From: Centroscyllium fabricii
Lineage: Eukaryota
DNA length: 64,000 nt
Direction of reading: 5' to 3'
Assembly (NCBI GenBank): GCA_051313645.2
Contig: JBNRSN020000014.1
Span: 119,846,001-119,910,000, forward strand
Part shown: one piece after another, positions 44,201 to 59,200 of the stretch
Numbering within the stretch: position 1 is the stretch's first letter
Layout: each line of letters begins with the position of its first letter
The notes under the pieces: model-generated
The model's database searches: none
What the model was told of the DNA's origin: nothing
The model's input: the letters and a program-made list of their open reading frames with translations, nothing else
Program-made: the position numbers and the translations under genes

Positions 44201-47200
44201 CAGTTACTTGTTCTCCCAAGCATGCACGCACCTCTCCTTGCTCGACCAAGGCGGATTTCAGGCCCAAGTCTGCTGTTATTTCAATTCACTTGCTTCTACT
44301 ACGGTATACATGGGGATTGTTGTGTAGACAGTATCCACATTCCCCTTAGAAAGTTCACAGTATTACACGAAGCAATGAAGCATGAAAATAAGAGACTCTG
44401 GTGTCATCTGTAAGGAAATACGTGAACATTTCACACTCACCCGTATTTGCTGGCTCCACTCTGAAGGAGAACTTCAATTGCTCTCTTCTGATCCTCTCTG
44501 TAGGAAATGCAATTCTTTAATGCATCCAAAATGGAAATATCAGATTCGGTGATAATGGATCCCTCGAGGTCACAGACCAAAACACCCAGTACGGTCACAC
44601 TTTCCTTCGTCAGATTTCTGCCAGAAATTCGCTGAATTTTGGCAAAATGATCAACATTAATTCAGCAGTACAATAATTCTTTGCACACAAATGAAACTCA
44701 GTTCATCTTTACCATTTGAAGACGACAACAGTGGCATGAAATAACAGTGTCAAAATTCATCAATATTATCAAGAAAATGAGAAATATTCATTTGGCCATG
44801 GACTTCATTTTAAACTCAGATTACAGCTTCAGCTGAATGGATCCCAAAATATTTTGCCACTGATCAACAGTGCAACATTCAGTCCATTTCACCACTTTAA
44901 CTGGGCAATTCAGATACAAAACTTTCTACTCTAACCTAGTATAATGGGAGTGAAGCGTAAGTAAGGAAAGTGTTTGTAATCCCCAGAAATCTTTGGAAGT
45001 GCAGTCAATGTTGTTTTGTAGGCAAAATTTGAAGCCAATTTACACACAGCCAGGTCACACAAACAGGCAGAAAGGCCTCATGTGAAAGACAGCACATCCC
45101 ACAATACAGCACTAACTGTCTGTACAGATTATGTGTTCATGTACTGAAGTGGGACTTTAACTGACAACTTTCTGATACACAGCTAAGAGTGTTACCGTTC
45201 AGCCAAACAAACAATGTTGTGGTTGGCAGGTTCAAGATGAAACAGGATGCAACATATACACTTAACGAAGCATGTTTCAGAAATGTTTTATTTCAGGCTG
45301 GGACTCTCAAAGGAAGGGACTATTTCCAGTTGTCTATCAGTATATTAAAAAGCTTAGAAATCATATGATGTTCCATATCATGATAGTAATGCTCACTTTG
45401 TAAGCACAGCCGACTGCATTTGTGGTTACTAAAGAGATTTTATTGCACTGATCTAATGACCTAACAGCCTTTACTCATTCCTACATTCTCAAATTCTTAT
45501 ATTCTAACCAATGTATCAATGATCAAAACTCAAAAGCAAATACTGACCATTTTGGAAAGGAGGTAGCTGTGGTAATTAGAGCGAAGAAACATCCCAAAGT
45601 CTTCCACCCCCTAAGCCTGGGCACTGAGGACAAATGTCACATCCAGGCCACTGGACCTGGTGTCCAGTAATTGAGTTATCAGTTTATTGTGACCATGTCT
45701 AACACTTCGGTTCGTATTGGCCCTTGAAGGACCAACTCACTTGGCATCCTAATACAATAGGTGGTATGGTGAGACATTCCTTATAATCATACATTGTGCC
45801 AATGTGTGATTGGTTAGAGGAGTGATGCTCCTTTTCACAATCAGTGCTGTCCATGATGCTGGTTTTATTAATCCCTAGCTTGTACCTGCTGAGCGCTTTA
45901 TCCTTACCAAACAGGTTCTGGCATCATTCAACATATTTCGTCGTCTTGCTGATCGTTTTCCTAAGATATTAATGTTTGATTTCCCAACTAATTTGAAGAA
46001 TGTCTGGCAGTTGGAGGATCTCCTGAAGTGTGCAGAGCTACAAAGTGAAACAGGAGATAGGTTCAGATTATATTAAGGAGGATGACCAGATTGATTGGTG
46101 ACTTCCATAGTCCCAATTGTCTCTCCTTTTCTCCCTTCTTCTACTCAAGGTGCACACAGTCAAAGAATTTCACACACATACAAACACACGCACACACTTC
46201 CCAGATGGATATCAGTGTGAGATCCCCAAATCTTCCACCTCTGGGCATTGAGGACAATTGTCACAGCCATACCACTGCCTTCACATCATCTCATTTTGTA
46301 ACATTAATTTATGGATTATATGCACAATGAAAGAGTTAAATATTAGAATTTTAAAAGCTTGTTGGTTGAGTCAAACTCAAACTAAACAACATTCTATGCT
46401 GTTCTTTTGTTTTCCTCCTGAATCATTCTCGAGTTACTTTTTCAATAGATGCCCCAGAGGCATATACCCTTGACATCAAACATCATTCACAAACACAGGT
46501 AAAATAGAGGGAGGTGGTGACCTGCTCCTGGCTGTTGAGTGTAGTAGATCGCGTTAATCTCACCTCTAATTTTCCTCCCTTATAAAATCATAGAATAGTA
46601 CAGCACAGAAGGAGGCCATTCGGCCCATCGGGTCTGTGCCGGCTCTTTTGAGGAATAATCCGTTAGTCCCACTCTCCCGCTCTTTCCCCATAGCCATGCT
46701 TTATTTTCTCCTTCAAGTATTTATCTAATTCCCTTTTGAAATCTATTCAATTTGAATGCCCCACCCTATCAGGCAGTTATATCCCAAAGGCAGTTACAAG
46801 TTAAAGCGCTCATGGGTCCTTACGGATTTCATTATCAAAGCTCTTTTCAACAAAACAATTGAGGAAAATGTCGATAAAATAGAACATACTTGAAGAACAG
46901 CAGAACATCCACAGGGAAGGTGTCTATGGCTAATCGCGTTCCATTAGAAGTTAGTCTAGCAGCCATACAGTCCAGCTGAAAAGAGAGGCCACAAATTCAG
47001 GTTGTGAACAGAAAGATAAAAACCTACATTCGTTGGTGATGTTCCTCAGGACACCCCATTTTCTTTTGTTGTAAATGGCTTTCTCTGAATTTGGTGAGCA
47101 GTTGATTATAGAAAGTTTTGCCAAATCACCACAACCAACATTTCACCTCCATACAAACTGTAACTTACGACTCGACTCAGCTACATTTCAGACTTAAAAT

Positions 47201-50200
47201 CATTTTCACTCACATTTTCGTCCTCGGGAATTTGACATGTATCTACAGGAAACAGTATCCCCCGGGTGCTCCGGTTTCCTCCCACAGTCCAAAGATGTGC
47301 GGGTTAGGTTGATTGGCCATGATAAATTGACCCTTAGTGTTAGGGGGATTTAATATGTGGGGTTACGGGGACAGGGTGGGATATGTGTCGGTGTAGGCTC
47401 GATAGGGATCGAGGGATATGGGGAGAGGGCAGGGGCGGGGTACTGGGTTTGGATGATCAGCCATGATCTCATTGAATGGTGGAGCAGGCTCGAAGGGCTG
47501 AATGGCCTACTCCTGCTCCTATCTTCTATGTTTCTATGAAACTCTTTTTTTATCCGGCACCGACAGGACCGGCGTGGTGCTGGTTTATCAAAAAGTCAGG
47601 ATTACAGAGAGGTATTGTTAAAAGGTACAACAGGCCATAAACTCAGGCTTCCCTGTTGCTTAGCAACAGCTTCAAGAACAAATCCAGGCTTCCCTATTGC
47701 TTAGCAACAGGTGCAGGAACCCGATTACACAGCCACAGATCCAGGAACCGCCACTAATATGCAGTAAAACTTACCTGAACCTACTCCTGAATTTTGCCGG
47801 TTAATAGAGAATTCAGGATATTTAGGTGCCGTTTAAACGAGAGTTTACTGTACTTGAATATCAAGTCGGGGAGCTATCACACATTTTGTTAACTCAAGTC
47901 AATCTTGCAGTTAGATAGTGGAATGGGCATCTTACACGGTCAACTGTCCATGCTGTAAGATTCTGTACTTCAGTCATTTGGTCAATGTTGACCATAGCCA
48001 TTTTGACATGTTCTACCCTAGTCCTGATATTACAGGGTAGATTTAACAAATTTGTGCTCCTGGCACTGACCCTTGGTGCTCGGAGTACATATCATGAATT
48101 AGAGCGTGGAGGTCATTGAGTCCCATAGGATTTTCCATTCATTAAAATTTATTTGCAAAATACACTCTGTTACTTTTACATTTAAGAACATAAGAAATAG
48201 GAGCAGGAGTAGGCCATTCGGCCCTTCAAGCACGCTCCGCCATTCAATGAGATCATGGCTAAACTTCTGCTTCAACTCCATTCACCGACCCTATCGCCAT
48301 ATTCTTTGATGCCCTTACTAGTCAGAAATCTATCGACTTCTGTTTTGAATATACCAAATGACTGAGCCTCCACAGCCCTCTGGGGTAGAGAATTCCACAG
48401 ATTCACCACCCTCTATGTGAAGAAATATCTTCTCAACTCAGTCCTGAATGGCCTACCCTTGATCCTGAGGCTGTGGCCCCTGCCAAGGGGAACATTCTCC
48501 CAGCATCCATCCCATCAAAGCCCTGTAATGATTTTGTATGCTTCAATGAGATCCCCTCTCATTATTCTGAATTCATGACAATACAGGCCTAGTTTACTCA
48601 ATCTCTTCTCATACAACAGTTCCGCCAACCCAGGAATCAATCTTATGAACCTTCGTTGCATTCCCTTCTATGGCAAGTATAACCTTCCTTAGGTAAGGAG
48701 ACCAAAATTGTACACAGTACTCCAAGTGTGGTCTCAGCAAGGCCCTTTATAATTGGAGTAAGACTTCTTTACTCCTGTACTCAAATCCTCTTGTAATGAA
48801 GGCCAGCATACCATTTGCCTTCCTAAATGGCTTGCTGCAGTTCCACTTTCACTTTCAGTGACTCATGTACAAGGACACCCAGGTCCCTTTGTGCATCTGC
48901 ATTTCCCAAATCTTTCACCATTTAGGAAAATACTCTGCCTTTCTGTTTTTTCTACCAAAGTGGATAACTTCACACTTATCCACATTATATTCCATCTGCC
49001 ATGTTCTCGCCCACTTACTGGGCTTGTCGAAATCCCCTTGAAGCCTCTTCACATCCTCTTTGCAACTAACACTGCCAGCTAGCTTTGTATCATCAGCAAA
49101 TTTGGGAATGTTACATTTAGTCCCCTCATCCAAATCATTGACATAGATTGTGAATAGCTGGGACCCAAGCACCGATCCTTGCTATACCCGACTAGTCACA
49201 GCCTGCCATCCTGAAAAAGACCAGTTTATCCCTACTCTTCGTTTTCTGTCTGTTAACCAATTCTCAATCAATGCTGGTATATTACCCCCTATTCCATGTG
49301 CCCTAATTTTGTTCACAAACCACATGTGTTGGACCTTATTGGAGACCTTCTAAAAATGCAGATACACCACATCTACCGGTTCCCCTTTGTCTACTCTACT
49401 CCACTAGTTACATCCTCAAAGAACTCCAATTGGTTTGTCAAACAAGATTTCCCTTTCATAAATCCATGTTGACTCTGTCCAATCTTACTATTAGTTTCTA
49501 AGTGCCCAGTCATTGCATCCTTTATAATAGATTCAAGCATTTTTCCAACTACTAATGTGAGGCTAAGAGGTCTGTGGTTCCACGTTTTCTCTCTCCCTCC
49601 TTTAAATAGTGGAGTTATATTTGTTATCCTCCAATCTGAAGGAACCATTCCAGAATCTATAGAATTTTGGAAGATCACAACCAATGCGTCCACTATTCCG
49701 ATGGCCACCTCTTTCAAAACCCTAGGATTTCGGTCATCCGGTCCTTGGGATTTATCGACTTTTAGTCCCATTAATTTTGTTAGTACTGTTTTTTACTAAT
49801 AATTCCTTTAAGTTCCTCATTCTCAATTAAACCAATCCATCAGCAACAATGGAAAATGTGCTTAATGGGAATACACTCAAACTTTCCTCCAATGCGATTT
49901 TTGTGAATGACCTCACCTGACTTTCATCAAGCACGACCCCTTTACCCTTCATTGCTTGAACAAGCTGAATAAATGTCGGATCATTCAGGGTCTTCACTGC
50001 ACCACAACTGAAGCCTTGCAGGACAGAGGGTGAGAATCTGAAACAAATAATGGCATCATAAATTCATTTCTAAATAACTCACTTTCTTCGTAACTTTCAA
50101 ACCTGTTATCACAATCTCTACATCATTTATATTTGTAACACAATCATCCATTGAGTGACTGGATCTCCACTTTATTACATTTTACCCATCTGAACACCGA

Positions 50201-53200
50201 GATACTGGGCCTATTTCAGCAATCATGAGGGGCTGAGTTGTGGAACGAGGGCTATCACACAAGTTTACAATCTGAAATGTACACCCACTTGGGCCAAATC
50301 ATTCAACTCAATGTAATAATTTCAGTTGATGCAAGTTCTGCTGCAGCCTAATGTGGCTCACTGTATGCCTGAAATCTTCATTTCATACTTTAGAGCTGAT
50401 CAAACAGGAACTTTTGGATTCTAAGAATTACAGGGGACACATTGACCAATTGGAGCTCCCAAATTTGGGACCCAGAAATAGTTATTGTCATTGCATTGGA
50501 CAAAATATTCAACTCGTAAACATTGCTCTGTGAAAGATAGTGCGAGCATTCCACTCACAACAGGTTTAATTATTGACTTAAACTAGAACTCCGTTCCTTG
50601 GATAAAAGATTCTGCTCCACAGATTATGGCCGCGATTTTACCTGAAGAGGCGAGTTGGGAGCGGGTCAGCTGACTTGTGGGTTCTGATCCTGCCCCCAAC
50701 GACGCCCGACGCACAGACGCTATTTTGCGTCAATTGGCCTGGTTAAGCCTGCCCTGCAGACTTGCCGGCCAAGTAAGAGAAAGCCGGTGTCAGATGACGT
50801 CAGTTGAGGACGCATCATCTGCAAGTTTTCTTAAAGGGGACACGCTCATTTTTGTTTGACAGAATATTTTTCAATGTTTAACAGCACTGAGGTGCTGCAA
50901 ACACTGACAATCAGTGTACAAAGGTGACCCCTTGCACCCAGACTCTCCAGAGACCCTCTTCTTAGGATAGAACAGATGGCAGCTGAAGGTGAGGTTACAG
51001 AAGCAATCTGTCACTGGTGAGAGAGGTTCTCCCAATGAACTGGGACTACACAAACACTTCAAACTTTACTATCTACAGAAAAGTCTAGTGGGGAGAAATT
51101 TAGAAACATAGAAACTAGGAGCAGGAGTAGGCCATTCGGCCCTTCGAGCCTGCTTCGCCATTCAATGAGATCATGGCTGATCAACCAAACCCAGTACCCT
51201 GTCCCTGCCCTCTCCCCATATCCCTCGATCCCTATCGAGCCTGCATCGACACATATCCCACCCTATCCCCGTAACCCCACATATTCAATCCCCCTAACAC
51301 TAAGGGTCAATTTATCCTGGCCAATCAACCTAACCCGCACATCTTTGGACTGTGGGAGGAAACCGGAGCACCCGGAGGAAACCCACGCAGACACGGGGAG
51401 AATGTGCAAACTCCACACAGATAGTACCCGAGGCTGGATTTGAACCCGGGTCTCCAGTGCTGTGAGGCAACAGTGCTAACCACTGTGCCACATTGCCGCC
51501 CTAATTTGGTTGTTTTCCGCCTGCCGTTAGCGCTCTAAATTCTGTGGGAGGTTAGTGACGGCGGTAATTTTTAGTGCCCCACGGTACTGCCCCACCGGCG
51601 ATCACGTCGTCACCGTGCGCCGCGCCTGCTCGCGACCCGGCCGCGATCTTTGGTAGCGCACCCTGACTTACTGCCGGCCGCCACATTCGACGGGGTCAGG
51701 GGGTCTAACTGCAGCCGGCGCGGCGCTTATTAAAGGCGAGGTGCCGGTGGACATTTTTGTTGCTGGCCGCCAGCCAGCACCTGCCTCCGTTGCAGTCCCT
51801 GGTCTTCTGAGCAGCACCCCCCCGCCACCCCCAGAGTGCCGGGGGCACTCCATGAGCCAGCACTTTTGCCGGCACTCTGCTCCCAGTGGCCCTGGGTCGC
51901 ACTGCGCAACGCCCTATCCCCTTAAGGGGAGGAAGGCCTACAATACAGTGCCGCAATATCCCCTCGCAGCGCCCCAAGAGGGAGGTGGGCCGCGACCAAT
52001 GAATTTTGGCCGCGGGGGTGCTAGTTTTTTCGCCCTCTTGGGATGCATTACCAATGAATTTCGGCCGCGGGTTGCTAATTTGTTCGTAGCGCCCCGGTGA
52101 CGTTAGAGTCCCAAAGGGGGCGCAGCTCAATATTTTCCAATGAATCAAAAATGATTTTCCAGCATTTCTTAGCTCTGAAACTCACCAGTGTGCCATTGGA
52201 TCCTTCACACAACTTGCAGCTATCATCAATGAAGAAACATTACAGTAGACCCACAACACGCCACACTTACCTGCCACGGTGTCCAGATGTCGGGAAGCCC
52301 GCTGTCGACCTGGCAAATTTGGAGAAAGCCTCTTAACTGCCTCTTAACAAGCAGTTAAGTGGCTATAATCCTCTTCCCGCCGCTCGAAGTCGGATGCGTG
52401 CACAAATCGGGGACCCGACTCCCGGGAAGATTGATTGGAGGCGGGTTGGAAGCGGGTTCGGGACCCGCTGCCAATCTTTGATTTTGCCAGCAGTCTCCCC
52501 TTCAAATCCGACCACTGAGCACCGGCAAAATCGAGCGCTATATATCAAGGCTCAAACAAAACCAAATTACACAGATGAGAATATAGACAGACGGAAGATG
52601 ATAGGCAGAGAACCAGATCGATTGTCAAAGAATATTGCTTACTTCTTAAAATTGTTGCTGTTTCTGACCACATATTCAAAGAACACAGCAGACTGTGGGA
52701 CAAAAACATTTAAATCATTAATATACACAATGGAGTTACAAACTGCTTTTACACTAACACAATCTTGATAGTGCTCGGTCAAGTCTGATTTTTAAACTTA
52801 TCTTGGAATTAATGCACATTTGCCAACTGCAGCTGATTTTCTTTCCAGGCATTGCCTTCGACAGTCAAACAATAGAATCATTTACCTGACTGGGCACCCA
52901 CTGTTTGTTGTTGACATCATTGAGACTGAGGTTTGAAGCTAACAGCACAGGTGGGACCTCTTTGGCTAGAACAGATGGAATGTTCTTTACTGTGGTTACC
53001 GGGTCTTTTACATACCGCAACACCTGAGTTAGAATGAAACAGAATAGAATTTAAACCAGAACATACAACACCATGTGAGCAGCAGCTAGGGATGAAAACA
53101 GTCTTCAGACAAAAGCATTAATATAGGCAGAAGTAGGAAACAAATTAATTTTAGATTAATTTTAATACCACTGATATGTATCCCATGTCACTCACCTGCA

Positions 53201-56200
53201 GAACACAGATCATTTGTATAGGTTGTGGTGCTGCTCCAATATTCTGAACGAATGTCGGGTTTGAGATTACACTGATGAACACCCGAGGATCAATGCGTTG
53301 GAACACACCGCTTGGAATACCAGACAACAAGCTTCCCAGACTCCGCAGATTCTGTGTGCTAGTGACCTAGTTAACAAGCAGAAGACAAATCAAATGTTGT
53401 CAGGAGATGTCACAGGATTAAATCAGTTTTCCACTTTTTGTGGCATGACAGTGCGATTACAAACGTGTCCGCCTCCCCACACAATTGTGCAGAGAAAAGG
53501 TGATGAGAAATAACAGAAAATATTCTGCTGTCACTTCAATTGGCTTCACCTCTCCACACTTGGCTTAAGGGTCAATTCCTCTCTGTTTACACAAGAACCT
53601 GGATCCATAAGGACAATTACACGGTGTTGAAGATCATTGGAACTCATGTAACTCATGCTTCTGCACTTCACTCTCACAGGGTTTTTACGCCAGATCTTTC
53701 CTCCGTTTCATTCAGCCATCTATAATGTATATATAATGTATAATACTATAATGCATTTCTGATTTATTCAGCTCTTACCCGGAAGCCATTTCTGAGTAAC
53801 GTAGTTACAATCGCATTGGCCTGGCCAAAATTCCAGCCTCTGACATTACTCAGGCTTGGCAGGGCTTGCTCCAGAGTGTTCCCATCAATATCGCCAACCT
53901 GTGACAATGACAGTCCGACAGCTGTTTGTCCCAAAGTATTCAAAGTGCTGACTGAAAAGTTGTCAATTTTGCTCACTAAAACTATCGACAGCTGGAAAAG
54001 AAACAGAAATAGCATTAATACTGGACGTCTTTCTCAGCATACACTTTAAGTGAAATCACAAGGTTTTGCAGCAAATATTTCCTATTTACCTTAAGTTGTT
54101 CGTCTGTTGGACCTTCAGCAGGTAATGTTTCATTGGCAGTTGTGTTAGGTGGCATGCTCTGCCCACAGACTTGGTTTATCTTTCCAATCACAGCCAGGAC
54201 TTGCTGTGCACTCAAGGACTGAAGTAGATTAGTGTCGGTAATGAAGCAGACCAGCGAGTCTGGCAGACTGTAAAAGAATGTCAGTCACAGATTGTATTAT
54301 TATATCTTTCAGAACCACAGCGCCCTGTGCCCTGTAGATACATTAAGATATGCTACAAATAAGATCTTTGAAAAATTTCCTAGTGTTGCAGAATATTTTA
54401 CAAGGGTTCATCACCCACTCCCATCTCAAACAGCATATTTTCCTTTGTTCAGCTTACCCTCTATTTTCCCCAAAAATACTTTATTTCGTTTCAAAGTTGC
54501 AATAATTTTTTCATACAAAGATCTGAAATTATTTTTAAAAACTCTCTTTCTCTTTGTCTCTCCCTCTTTCTGTTGCACAGCTGTCAGTAATTAGAATATT
54601 TACATCTTTGAACGTTCAACAAAACAAGGCTTGGGCCTTCAAGTTCTGCAGGGATTATCCTCTCACCAACTGTGAGCTCTTTTTAAACATTAGATCTTTA
54701 AAAAACATTACATTTAAGTTTTTGACTTCTTTTAAAACTGGCTTCAATCAATCAATTCATTTTGTTCAAACTCAGACCACCTGCTCTGACAACCCGTTCC
54801 GCATTCCCTGCCGGCCTTTGTCTTCCCGCCTTCGGGCATCCTGCTCACCCAACCCGCTTGACCTTCGGCTTCTGATGGACTGTTTCCCCATACCCCACTC
54901 TTCTACTTCCCCGCATCCCTGCTCAACAAATTTAGAATACAGTTTTCTTTAAAAAAATTCACAGATCCATAAAGATTATGAACAGAATCTTCCATTTCAC
55001 AACTTATGTTGGGAAAATATGAACTGTGTAAGACTTACCTCGAAATATTAACATTAGGATTGTTTTCAAGCAGCAAGTTGAGGTAGACCTTTGAAATTTC
55101 TGTGGATAATGTCAAATTTGCTAGCAGTCCCAGGTTTTCAGGGTTTACAGCGAATTCTTGAAGCTGCGCAGAGATTAGGAGAAATGACAAATATTGACAC
55201 CAGTGATGCAATGTTCTTTCTATAGTTTAAACAATGAAACTTTAAGGTTCATGTTGCTGCAACACACAATTGTGGTGAATATGGATTCCAACAACACTTC
55301 TCAGTGGCTTTAGTGGCAAACTCCTAATATAAAAGCCGGTCGGGGTATAGTGTCATCTTGGGTGGTTGCACAAAATGGGCGATCATGAATCGGCAGCTCA
55401 TTTTGCACTCCACCCGATTTTCTTATCCATTGACTTTAAATGGACTGCCGATTCGCTCTCTCATGTTTCGTGCTGCGGCCCAACACGAGTTACACCCCAC
55501 AGGAAGCAAAATATTAAATTAGTTGGCAACATAATTCACAGTAGATTTGTCATGCACTCGAAGCTTCATGTAACCCAATCTTTGAGAACAGATCACTTCT
55601 CCCGAGAACCCAATCATTTACCATCCCAATCTTAGAGTAAAAGGAAAATGTGTACCTGTGTTTCATTATCAGAGAAAGACTGAAGATCAGTCAGTGACAC
55701 TTGGTTCATATATAGTCCCAGATATTGAGCAAACCAAGCAGTGGAGTTCAGGGCTGGATCATTTACATTATAGCATTTCGGTCTGGGACCTGTTGTATAA
55801 AATAATTCCACATTAACGCTAAATAAAATGGTGTGTCATTTTTAAAAACATGTTGTAAATTCCACACAATTTTTGCTACCAAAAGGGACTCTCACCTTCC
55901 CCCTCTAGAATTATTGCTCATTTTAAAACAACCTATCTCCCCTCCCCATGGTGGCGATTCTCGCTGGGGTAGAGTACCATGGGTGCCAGCAGCCTGGCAC
56001 TACTCTGCAATTTGTCATGTCTGAGCCTAAACAGGAAGTGTCAGCAGGCTTCTTGACTGCAGAGAATCATAACCCAGCTGGATACCGTTGTGGTAATCAT
56101 GATTACCATTGTATATAGTTGAGTTACACTACAGACCAGCATGTATAGTGGCTGGGTGCATTGTATATAGTTTTGTATAACGACACTGTCGCGAGGTCAG

Positions 56201-59200
56201 GTCAGCCACACCTCTAACTCCTCCCCTCAGGTGAGAGCCTTATAGGTGAGGTCTGACCTGCCCCCATTCATTCTGTACTCAATGTTCGACTGGAGACTAG
56301 CTCCATTCTAAAGTGATTAAAAGCCTATAGTTAAGGTAACTACTCGTCTTTGTCTTATTGACGATACGTCAACCGTCTTCACCGCTCATCAACTCAGACA
56401 CCATTTCTAATAAAGATCTCTGGATGGTGACAGCAGCGAAAACCCTGGCTGATTTTTCACTTTCCTCGTCTAAGACCAGTAAGAATAGTCCCAATTCTGA
56501 GACTTTAAAACAATAGAGTGTAACTTCACCTTGTTGTAGGTAAGCTTTAATGCCATTGTAGATGTCCTTCCGTTTCTCTGATGTAAAGTCACTGTAACCA
56601 GCACTCAGTGTTCTCACACTAAAGGTGAAATTTAACAACATTTTAGAATTTCATCTGCAGATTGAGTTCAATTACTGATAAGTTCAATTTAAAGAACCAC
56701 AATAGAAATGAAGATATTCTAATGATAGAACCAAGAGAGGACAGCTAACCACAATCTTTGTTTGTGCGTGTGTGTGTGTGCGAAGCCCCTCAGACTCTCC
56801 TTTCCTTTTTATTCCTAATTATAGATGATGACCACCAGCAACCTGGATATTAGATATTCTTTATCATATCATATTGTCCTTTCTCAGTGATAAACATTCA
56901 GCTGTAGCTCTCTGCTGATATAATGAGCAAACTAATGCTGGAGAACGATTTACACAGGACAATGAGGGACTTTGCTCACTTGAAGATACATTCGGAACGA
57001 CTGGGATTGTACTTACATTTTCCTGTAGGAAAGGCAGCGAACTCTCAGGGTGTTGTTGGAAGACAAAAGAGAGGTGGTGATAAATGGAAGATATGGAGTT
57101 AGTCTAACATTAAGCCATTCATCCACCTCTGCTTCATTGAGTACAGGCAGGCTGTCGGTAAACTGAGGCCACAGACCCTCTATGATGGCAACTCGGTTAC
57201 CAGCTGACAGATTACTCTGCAAAAGGAAATAGACTTGTTTTAAAACGAAATACTGTAATTGTAACATGATAAAGATTCCCTCAGCTTGCCATGTGATTCT
57301 ACCAAGTAGATCCATTCTTGAAGACTAGCTTTGCTGAACTGGAAACTAGGACTGAGCATTTGTTACAATCAGAGTTAGGCTTTGGAGGGAATCAAATTTT
57401 GGAAACATCTAAAATTGAGCAACCCCCACAGCTGTCACTACAAAGCCCTGAAATGCCAAGAAGCGAACATAAAGAAAAGTCGCCTCAGCCAACTGGCCCT
57501 GGGACTCAGTGAAGTAACTACTAACACTACTAGTAACAACCAGCCCCAGGACAGTGACATCCTAGCACACAGAATTCGACCCAACACAATTATTATTAAA
57601 CAAAGAGAAAAATATTTGTCATACTGGACAGAAACGACAAAAACCCAAAACAAACTAGATTGTTATTTGGCCCTAAACAGACCGTACACCACGGCTGACT
57701 ACCTGACCATGGTGAAAGACAGCAAACTGAGAAAAACCCTGACAATGTACAGACTTAGTGAGGATAACCTAGCCATCGAAGGCAGCAGACACAGACAGAC
57801 TTGGCTGCCCAGAGAGGAACGGCTGTGCTCTCACTGCAGTCAGGGAGTGGTGGAGACAGAGCTGCATTTCCTCACAACCTGTGAAAATTATCAGGACATA
57901 AGGGGGAATTTCAACCCAAAATACATAAAAACATGCCCTGGATTAAAAAATTTGAACGACCACCAAAAACTTCCATATCTATTGGGGGAACAGAGGAACT
58001 GTATAAAATTAGCGGCAAACTACGTCACAGCTTGCCATAAGCAGAGGGACAACCAGTGACCATTGAATCTAAGAAAAGATTATGAGATTTATCTGTGTCT
58101 ATATGTGTATACGTTTGCATATTTATCCATTCACTGTATGTCTAGACCTGCATTTGTATGTTCAATTGTATATGTCCTTTTTCTGTGCTTTGGCAACATA
58201 AGATGTATCTTATTATGCCAATAAAGTAATTTGAATTGAATTGAATAAAATTACTGTTCTGATTCTGATCCACAAGTTTAAGTTATAACATTGCAAACCC
58301 CACCACCCCCATCTGCCTTGTGCTGTTGGCGAGTTCTCTTGTCCGAGTCCAGTCACTGCACACTTGTATGTTCCAATGGGAAATCGTGGAAAACATTCCT
58401 GTGGTCCCCAGATTTCATCCAGACGTTCCTCAGCTGGCTAAGAAATGGGCAGGAAAGAAAAACCTCCACAATCCTTATACCCTGTTAAACCTTGTCCATG
58501 CGCACGTTAAATGTACAGTCAAAGCATCCATACCTTCTTACACCCACACCCTTGCCCTCCTGTTAAAGAGGCATTTAGACTTCCAATAACTACTCCAGGA
58601 CCACAGCCCATATACTCTCACTGCTCCGATATAATGGGCACTATTTTGTTTGAACCACTACAGTTTATCTACATTACATCCTGTGATCTGAAAAGTAAAA
58701 TAACAGTTGCAGCTCACTTTGCCGCTTTTTTGATTGAATTCATCTATGAATGTAGCCAGATTCTGGATGGGCTGAATGTAGAATAACACTGTGGTCAGAA
58801 TCTTGTTGTCATTAATGAATCCAGGCTTGCTCAGCATATCAGCCAATTCACTGGGATCAGTGACATTCAACACCTGTAAAAACACAATGAGGAATTTCTC
58901 AACTTCATGTAAATAACTGGCAGCAGACCATGTAAAGCAGCTGAATGCACGGCATCACTAGATTAAACTTGTAAAATATTAGTGCCAATCACGGCCACTG
59001 TTAATCCTGTTTCATGTTACAGACCAGCATGACTTGAGTTCACACTCACAAGCCTGGTCCTGAAACACTTCACAACGCTGACTCAACCCCCAGGGGAGGG
59101 GTTTGTTGGATATGAGGGGCTTCTTCTGAGGGCCACGGGGAAAATAATCGAATGGGTCAATGTGAAGCAGTATTATGCTCTTTCTCGGAACATGTCACAC

